The position numbers and the translations under genes are program-made. Positions 42,962 to 48,841 of a stretch of DNA of 48,841 nt are shown piece by piece. The notes under the pieces are model-generated. The model saw only the letters and a program-made list of their open reading frames with translations, did no database searches and had not been told where the DNA came from. Positions within the stretch are counted from its first letter, which is position 1, and each line of letters begins with the position of its first letter. Source of the stretch: a virus (Duplodnaviria > Caudoviricetes); IMG/VR virus record IMGVR_UViG_3300043607_000041, positions 1-48,841 of that record; one strand, given 5' to 3'.

Positions 42962-44376
42962 CAGGCCTTAGGCGGGAAGGGTGCAGCCGCCTTGGCCGCG
43001 GGCTTCTTATCGGGCGCCGTTGGGTCCTCTGGCTTGGCCGGGTTCTCCCCGGGAGGGATGACCGCGATGGTGGTGACGGCGCGTGTCGGCTCTGCCGTGG
43101 GCGTGCCACTGACGGTCAGCTCCGGCAGCTTGCTCTCGATCATGGCCGCTCGGATCTCCGCGTCGCTGACCACGCCCATCGACCACAGGCGCTCCGTGCC
43201 GGTGATCTCCAGGTTACGCACCTCGGCGTTTTCCTTGTCCGTCGGCTGCCAGAGCGGCTCGAACTTGACCGTGATGGGCCGACCCTCGGTGATCGACAGC
43301 GTCTGCTCGAGACGCGGATGGATCATCCACTGGCCGTAGCTCTGCACCCGGTCGTACCATTGACGGATGTCGGCATCACCGGTCGCATTCATTCCCGCGG
43401 GCGCGCGCCCGAACAGCTTGGTGACCGGCATCCCGAAGGCACCGGCCGTGTTGATCTGCTGCTCCTGCAGGAGCGCTGGCATGTCGGTGAAGCTGACCGA
43501 TTCGCGGTGGTACTCCTCACCCTGCTTGGCATCGAGCATGAAGAGCTTGGTCAGGCCCATCATTTCGTTGAGCAGGTCGATGCGCGCTTCGGCATCCGCC
43601 TGGCGCTTGCTCGCCAGCATCTCGATGAGACCGTGCAGCTTGAGAACGCCGACGCTCGATATCTGCAGCAGGTGACTGACCGACTGCCAGAAGATGCCGT
43701 AGCGCACGACGTCGTCCCACACCGCCTGCAGCACCGAGTAGCCCCAGTCCCTGTCCTCCTGGGTGGTGCCGAAGTCCGTACCCTTCGGGCAGCCCGGAAA
43801 GCGGATCATGCGCGACTCGTGGAATCGCAGCCCCGCCCTGCGCGAGCCTGTCACCTGCCAGATCTGAGGGCGATCGTACTCGGGTGAGTCCACGTCCCGG
43901 TTGCGCACCATGCCCTGCAGCTGGAACCGGTCGAACACCTCGAGGAACGCCACCTCTGCGCCCGCCGGCGGGGGCGCGAGCAGCGCCTCTGCTGGGCTGC
44001 CAGGGCCCACGTCCTGCTTGTACCCGATGAAGAGACCAGCCCCGCCCTTCAGGTCCGCCATGTGGCACGCGCGCTGGAACGCGCCCTCGGGGTGGGTGGC
44101 GGTGTTGAGCCGGGTGAAGTTCTCCAGCTTCTCCTTTTCGTCCACGCCCCAGCCGCCGCGCAAAGCGTCCTCAGTGCGCGCCTCGACGAGACGCCGCACT
44201 AGCCAGAGGTCCTTGTAGGCGCTCGACAGCGTGTAGTCGTCGAGCGAGAGGTTCGGCACCAGCCGCGTCCGGTCGACCCTGCCTCTGTCCGAGCGCCCAC
44301 CAAGCGGCCCGATCAGTGACCGCCACGAGTCCGTGCGGATCTGCCGAGTAGCCACCGCCTGGGCGAGACCTATCAT
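42961..44376 (-). CDS. Portal protein (DUF1073 family)
   Basis: FHESRMIRF.G...WGYSVL...MPVTKLFGRAPAGMNATGDAD...YDRV...FEPLWQPTDKE. Confidence 0.9.
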   Translation of the reverse strand: MIGLAQAVATRQIRTDSWRSLIGPLGGRSDRGRVDRTRLVPNLSLDDYTLSSAYKDLWLVRRLVEARTEDALRGGWGVDEKEKLENFTRLNTATHPEGAFQRACHMADLKGGAGLFIGYKQDVGPGSPAEALLAPPPAGAEVAFLEVFDRFQLQGMVRNRDVDSPEYDRPQIWQVTGSRRAGLRFHESRMIRFPGCPKGTDFGTTQEDRDWGYSVLQAVWDDVVRYGIFWQSVSHLLQISSVGVLKLHGLIEMLASKRQADAEARIDLLNEMMGLTKLFMLDAKQGEEYHRESVSFTDMPALLQEQQINTAGAFGMPVTKLFGRAPAGMNATGDADIRQWYDRVQSYGQWMIHPRLEQTLSITEGRPITVKFEPLWQPTDKENAEVRNLEITGTERLWSMGVVSDAEIRAAMIESKLPELTVSGTPTAEPTRAVTTIAVIPPGENPAKPEDPTAPDKKPAAKAAAPFPPKA

Positions 44377-44420
44377 AGCCAGAGGCTATCACCGACTCGC
44401 CGGTCGGTCCAACGGTCCTA

Positions 44421-46073
44421 TCAGTCGTCCCAGTCGTCGCCGCCCCGGGACTGCTTGGCCAGCTCCCGCACCGCGTCGTAATACTTCGAGACTTCCTGGG
44501 TCAGTCGAGCGAGGGCCATCGAGCTCGTGTCCACCCGGTCGTCGCGCGCGCCACGGGGGAACGCCAGGAGTTCCCGCCTGAACGCGTCCGGGCCCGGACC
44601 GTCACGCCCGTCGACGGGGTCAGGGATGGTGCGCTTCCACGGTGGCAAGAGCACGCGCCCGCCGTGGTACTCCCCGAGGTTGGCGCGGTGCCGGTCGAGC
44701 TTCGAGAGCTGCGCGATCTCTTTGCACTCGTCGTTGATTTCGTGGAACGCGACGACGCCTGGGAACTTGCGCTCGTACCGCTGAATGATGCCGATGCCCG
44801 CGGCCTTGGCCTCGATGATACGCGCCGCGGCATGCTCCCAGAGCGCCATGTCCTGGGTCAGCTCGAACTGCCGCTCGCTCTCGGGCACGGTCCACACCCC
44901 CCAGACCTCGTCGATCAGGAAGTAGCGCGTCACGCTCGGACCGCGCTGGAAAACCCTGACGGGCTCCTCCCCCCGGTCCCGGTCTGCCAGGGTGTTGGTC
45001 AGCTCATGCCAGGTCTCGCAGACCGCCGAGCACCAGAGCGCGCCGTGCACCGCCGAGTGGGTGGCCTCGGTGCCCTTGGCCGCGAAGTCCCAGACCTGGA
45101 TCCAGTAACCGTTCTTCGGGATCTCGATCCACTGGAAGCGCAGGTGTTGCTCCTCGAGCAGGCCGCCCGTGCGCGGTATCGGGTTCTGCTGCAGCTGGGC
45201 GCTGGCGTGCTCGGCCAGGCCCGTCTCGAGCTCGACCACCGCCGACTCGGGGTAGCGCTCCGGGTGCAGGAGTTCGCCCTGGACGCGGCGCGGGTCCACC
45301 TTGCCGGACCACTCGCCGCGGATCCAGAAGGCTTGTGGCTCGTACCGCATCGGCAGGCACAGGTGCTCCCAGCCTCGGTCGAGCGCGATGCCGGCCGGGT
45401 CCTTCTCGATGAGCCGCTGCATCGTGAGCATGCAACCGAACGTGGCCGGGTCGGCGCGGCGCGTAATCATCGTCGCGTTGATCCACTGCTGGGCCAGCGC
45501 CAGGCCTGCGCCGAAGTCGCCCGTCTTGCGCACGTCGAGCACGTGCTTCGGGTTGATGGGGTCGTTTACGCTTACGCCGTTGAAGTGGCGCCCCAGGCCG
45601 CCCTTGCCCTGTGGGCTGGTGCTGTAGCGGTAGCCGCCCATGTCGGTCCACACGTCACCGCGCGCGCCCGACTCGCCGTCCCGCAGCCTGGTGCCCGGGA
45701 ACGCCAACTGGTAGGCGTCGGACAGCACGATGGTCTGCACCTTCACGGCGTCGCGCAGGCACAGGTCCTGATCGAAGGCGCAGTTCAGCCATTTGTACCC
45801 TGGCCGCTTCGACCAGACCCAGGCCTGCAGGAACACGTCCACGAGCAGCGACTTGCCCGTGCCCGGTGGCAGGTTCAGCACGCCGTTCTTGAACTCGCGC
45901 CGGTACCAGGCCTCGAGGTATTCACACACCGCCCCGATGTGCCAGCTGTCCTGGAACAGCTCAGACGGCTCGATCAGGGGCCAGAAGACGCGAACGAAGT
46001 CGATGAGCCGGACGCAGGCCTCACGGTACAGCTCGGCGCGCTGGTCGGCGGACGGGCAGCGCGCGGCCAGCAC
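44421..46073 (-). CDS. terL: Terminase large subunit
   Basis: Walker A NLPPGTGKS; MQRL motif; QLQQNP; RNase H-like WD...EAKAAG...FP...DDRVD. Confidence 0.92.
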   Translation of the reverse strand: MLAARCPSADQRAELYREACVRLIDFVRVFWPLIEPSELFQDSWHIGAVCEYLEAWYRREFKNGVLNLPPGTGKSLLVDVFLQAWVWSKRPGYKWLNCAFDQDLCLRDAVKVQTIVLSDAYQLAFPGTRLRDGESGARGDVWTDMGGYRYSTSPQGKGGLGRHFNGVSVNDPINPKHVLDVRKTGDFGAGLALAQQWINATMITRRADPATFGCMLTMQRLIEKDPAGIALDRGWEHLCLPMRYEPQAFWIRGEWSGKVDPRRVQGELLHPERYPESAVVELETGLAEHASAQLQQNPIPRTGGLLEEQHLRFQWIEIPKNGYWIQVWDFAAKGTEATHSAVHGALWCSAVCETWHELTNTLADRDRGEEPVRVFQRGPSVTRYFLIDEVWGVWTVPESERQFELTQDMALWEHAAARIIEAKAAGIGIIQRYERKFPGVVAFHEINDECKEIAQLSKLDRHRANLGEYHGGRVLLPPWKRTIPDPVDGRDGPGPDAFRRELLAFPRGARDDRVDTSSMALARLTQEVSKYYDAVRELAKQSRGGDDWDD

Positions 46074-46502
46074 TTAGCCTGGTTTCTTCGGAGCCGGATC
46101 CAAGGTCCAGGTACCAGACAATAATGCCGCCTCCTCTGCATTAAGGATGACCTCGTCTAGATCCCAGCTAGCTTGCGGTTGAGCGAGCATCTCCTTCAGC
46201 TCATACAGAACGTCGCCGAGAGCATGCCTAAGCCCGAACACGCAATGCCGCGCATCCTGCCTCTCCGCGCGCAGCTCGTCGCGTTGCTTGACCAGGCGAT
46301 CGTATTCGACCCGGCTGACCGTGCCGCCTTCGAGTTCCGCCAGGCGGTCCGCGTGCCGCTTCTGTTCCTTGGCCTCCAGCTCCGCGATGCGGGCCGCCTG
46401 GGCGTCGATGACTCGAAGCGCCTTCAGGCCTACGTCGTACAGCGTGGCGCTATCCAGTAGCTCGGCGCGTTCCTCCTCCGTCAGCTTCTCGATGTCGCTC
46501 AT
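46074..46502 (-). CDS. Coiled-coil hypothetical protein
   Basis: GAGG RBS; coupled. Confidence 0.65.
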   Translation of the reverse strand: MSDIEKLTEEERAELLDSATLYDVGLKALRVIDAQAARIAELEAKEQKRHADRLAELEGGTVSRVEYDRLVKQRDELRAERQDARHCVFGLRHALGDVLYELKEMLAQPQASWDLDEVILNAEEAALLSGTWTLDPAPKKPG

Positions 46503-46759
46503 ACCTCGATAACTCCCTTGATCACCACGTTGTGCAGGCAGCCTGGCAGCAGCACCGCCCCGTCGGGCTGCACAGTTCCGCCGGTGAGGAGCGCAATTCG
46601 ACTCGCAATTGAACTCGCTGACTCACCTTCGTGGGTCTCCACTGCGTAGTCCTTGCCGTTGTAGTGGAACACTATCCGCTCACGGACCGTCTGCAACTCC
46701 GGATCCTGGTACTCGCAGCCCGCTCGCGCGCGCCCGCAGGGGCATTCTGTGGTGGTCAT
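46499..46759 (-). CDS. Hypothetical protein
   Basis: ATG 46759 coupled. Confidence 0.55.
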   Translation of the reverse strand: MTTTECPCGRARAGCEYQDPELQTVRERIVFHYNGKDYAVETHEGESASSIASRIALLTGGTVQPDGAVLLPGCLHNVVIKGVIEV

Positions 46760-47088
46760 GGTTTTGCCGTCCACAGCCTGCGCGCAACCTGTGCGGCGTC
46801 GAATCCTGGGTCACACGCCTCATCCCCGACTACGTTCATGCCGCGGATGACCGGATTCCCAAAGCGCACCCCGAGTCTGCCAGACAGATACACCACCAGA
46901 CCCGCCCTGGCTCCGACTCCGAGTTGTGGGCGCATCTCCTCTAGCAACCTTGCCAGATCGTCCTCGGTGATTTCTTCGTCAACGTCTGGTGCTCCGACGC
47001 GCCCGCACACGAGGCATTGTTTGCCGCGGAAACTCTCTCCTGACACGAAGCAGGCTGGGCACGGGTTTCCGGATCGCTTGTCTGTCAC
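46756..47088 (-). CDS. Hypothetical protein with CxxC...CxxC
   Basis: GTGA coupling. Confidence 0.55.
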   Translation of the reverse strand: MTDKRSGNPCPACFVSGESFRGKQCLVCGRVGAPDVDEEITEDDLARLLEEMRPQLGVGARAGLVVYLSGRLGVRFGNPVIRGMNVVGDEACDPGFDAAQVARRLWTAKP

Positions 47089-47483
47089 GAGTAGTCCACC
47101 TTCAGCAGCAGCGCTGCCAGTTGCACGCGTTCCTGGGGCGTCAGCCTAGAGTAGTCCGCCTGCTGGACGCCCGCCTCCTCACCCTGCTTGACCTGGGCGC
47201 CCAGATCGGTGGCGAGCCGGAGCAGAGCGATGCTGTCGGTCATCGACACAGTCCCGGGAAGAATCCGTGCCAGCTCGGCGCGGAAGGCGAGCTCGCGGCG
47301 GAGCACCAGCATGGCGTCCTGCGCGATGTGGACGATCGCCTCCTGGGATGTTTCCACCTCGGGGGAGTCGCCGAGCGCAGCTCGAGCGCGGCGTACGGCC
47401 TCCTCCCGGGAGACCTCCTCGGCCGCGTCATACCCGTCGTGGTCGTCGTGGTCGTCGCCACCATCGCTAAGCTGTCTCGCCAC
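47085..47483 (-). CDS. Possible terminase small subunit
   Basis: AGGAG RBS before GTG 47483; C-terminal DYSRLTPQERVQL resembles TerS tails; upstream of terL. Confidence 0.45.
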   Translation of the reverse strand: MARQLSDGGDDHDDHDGYDAAEEVSREEAVRRARAALGDSPEVETSQEAIVHIAQDAMLVLRRELAFRAELARILPGTVSMTDSIALLRLATDLGAQVKQGEEAGVQQADYSRLTPQERVQLAALLLKVDYS

Positions 47484-47781
47484 CGGGCTCCTGCACCCAC
47501 CAGAGCGCCAGGCCCTTGCGGTCCCTGCCGGCGGCTCGCAGCACGCGCCCGCGCTCGTCGGGGCCAAGGTGGGATATCTGCTCGGCCACCTCGGTGAAGG
47601 CCCTGGTGTGGCGCATCACCGGCTTGGCAGAGCGGGCCTCCTGGGAGGTAACCGGCTCGAGCGCCACGGTCTGGGCAGCGAGCACGGCCTCGATGACCTG
47701 CGCGCGCATCAGAAGGGGTCGGGCGTTCTGAATCATCCTGGCTAGCCCGCCCGCGGTGGTCGGCGTTCCACGGCGTTTCAC
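47467..47781 (-). CDS. Hypothetical protein
   Basis: GC3-rich; preceded by TTGACG-17-CAAGAT. Confidence 0.55.
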   Translation of the reverse strand: MKRRGTPTTAGGLARMIQNARPLLMRAQVIEAVLAAQTVALEPVTSQEARSAKPVMRHTRAFTEVAEQISHLGPDERGRVLRAAGRDRKGLALWWVQEPGGETA

Positions 47782-47872
47782 GGCACTGTATCTTGGGCCT
47801 GTCAGTGGCCTACGTCAAACGGTGCAGGCCGCGCACAGGCCACAGGCTGGGGTGTCTAGACCCCGGACTCGC

Positions 47873-48109
47873 TCAGAAGGGCTCTGGCTTCTTCCAGTTG
47901 TACTTCGTCAGCGTCGTGTCATCGCGCCAGTCGCGACGCGTTTTGGCCTGGTGAAGCCGCTGTACGCGCGCCTCGAGCGTGCGCACCCGAGCGAACACGG
48001 AGCGCACCTGACGATGGTGCCACCATTGCACGACGAGCAACACGAGCAGCGCCAGGCCCGCGGCACACGCGGCTACCAGGAGCCAGTCAGCGCGGTACAG
48101 GTGTTGCAC
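47873..48109 (-). CDS. Small membrane protein
   Basis: TM WLLVAACAAGLALLVLLVV plus basic tail. Confidence 0.6.
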   Translation of the reverse strand: MQHLYRADWLLVAACAAGLALLVLLVVQWWHHRQVRSVFARVRTLEARVQRLHQAKTRRDWRDDTTLTKYNWKKPEPF

Positions 48110-48221
48110 CCTACCGTTTTAGCACGCCGCGAGCGAATGGTCTGGACTCACCCCACGGGGGTGACGCGCGGCGCTAAAACGTCACCCACGTTTCACCGGA
48201 CGTGACGATGAGCAATACCCT

Positions 48222-48479
48222 TCAAGGCAGCGCTCGTCTTGCAGCGGTCAACCACTTCCGACCGTGCGCGGTGAAGCGAAGATTGTTCAGCTTACCGTGC
48301 TCGAACGTGCCTTCCAGAAGACCCTTCTCGATGAGCGCGTCGAGGACCTTCTTCACCGCGCTACGATTGACCTTTAGCTCGTCAGCGAGCTCAGACAGGG
48401 ACGGGAATTGTTTGCTCTTGCCCATGAGGTCGGCCGCCGTCAGGGCCACCTCCAATTGTCGCCCACTCGGGATCAGCAT
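48222..48479 (-). CDS. LexA-N-like winged-helix repressor (no peptidase domain)
   Basis: SGRQLEV...FPSLSELADELKVNRSAVKKVLDALIEKGLL; divergent from the early operon; operator just upstream. Confidence 0.78.
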   Translation of the reverse strand: MLIPSGRQLEVALTAADLMGKSKQFPSLSELADELKVNRSAVKKVLDALIEKGLLEGTFEHGKLNNLRFTAHGRKWLTAARRALP

Positions 48480-48502
48480 CTATGCATCGCCCGGTCGAAT
48501 AA

Positions 48503-48526
48503 ACTGAGCACCGTCGGGTGTCCAGT
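48503..48526. promoter_or_regulatory. Palindromic operator
   Basis: ACTGAGCACCGTCGGGTGTCCAGT matches ACTG-N2-CACC-N4-GGTG-N2-CAGT at 11736. Confidence 0.7.
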
Positions 48527-48669
48527 GTCACCCAGCTGGCCCACACCAGCATACCAAACTGTCACTCTGAGTCGTTTTGCCATGGCGCGTCCCGCATCGC
48601 GAGTCTACATGTGGACGCTCGGAGCGGGTCACTACTTTTGGGGAGGCGGAGTCCTTGAACGTCACTAGT

Positions 48670-48693
48670 TCTGTCCAGACTGGGGTACTCAGG
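48670..48693. promoter_or_regulatory. Degenerate operator copy ahead of the early operon
   Basis: tCTG-TC-CAGA-CTGG-GGTA-CT-CAGg, same spacing. Confidence 0.45.
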
Positions 48694-48819
48694 CGCACGG
48701 CTTCGTCCGCCTCGGGACTAGGTACCGTGCAGGTACCTACTGACCCAGGTCAGTGGACACGCGACGTCTCGGCGTGTTGCCGGCAGGAGTCGCAAACCCC
48801 AAATCCTAAGCACAAACCG
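48694..48819 (+). repeat. Terminal direct repeat (right copy)
   Basis: Identical to 1-126. The last 22 nt diverge exactly where the poly-C tract begins in the left copy. Confidence 0.95.
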
Positions 48820-48841
48820 GGGGCCCCCGCCCCCGCGGCGG

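Noticed and set aside
42961-44376. Anti-CBASS Acb1 nuclease
   Set aside because: DUF1073 portals are often labelled this way, but there is no C-terminal 2H phosphoesterase (HxT) domain here.
48694-48841. Biological terminal repeats or a novel end sequence
   Set aside because: A 126-bp exact overlap ending in a GC-only tail at a homopolymer is typical of assembly overlap plus read error; it cannot be confirmed without reads.

Overview
The window appears to be one complete, circularly permuted temperate myovirus genome of about 48,693 bp. Bases 1-126 recur exactly at 48694-48819, consistent with an assembly overlap. It is high-GC and probably infects a myxobacterium (inference). The + strand (about 300-19988) carries tightly coupled early genes: an excisionase-like HTH, a tyrosine integrase with attP (3' half of tRNA-Arg(CCG)) inside its own ORF, a replication initiator, J-domain, DUF1643 and ASCH proteins, a FliA/WhiG-like sigma factor in frame with tandem Fis-type HTHs, an N6-adenine MTase, a PD-(D/E)XK nuclease with a RecT-like partner, a DHH phosphoesterase and a VRR-NUC protein. 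The - strand (48479 down to 20140) carries a LexA-like repressor, terminase, portal, MuF-metallopeptidase, protease, capsid, neck, a collagen/LamG fibre, lysis genes, a contractile tail and baseplate, a BNR-repeat receptor-binding protein and a lipoprotein metzincin. The most notable observations are: an attP whose use would split both the integrase and the early operon; a sigma-Fis read-through ORF overprinting a separate gene; a repeated 53-bp late-promoter element; a 24-bp palindromic operator family; a tandem-pseudoknot RNA candidate at the convergent junction; a MuF toxin/immunity pair; a possible Acb2/Tad1-like sponge between sheath and tube; and a C14 tract in the first early ORF. All family assignments come from motif recognition by eye, not database searches.
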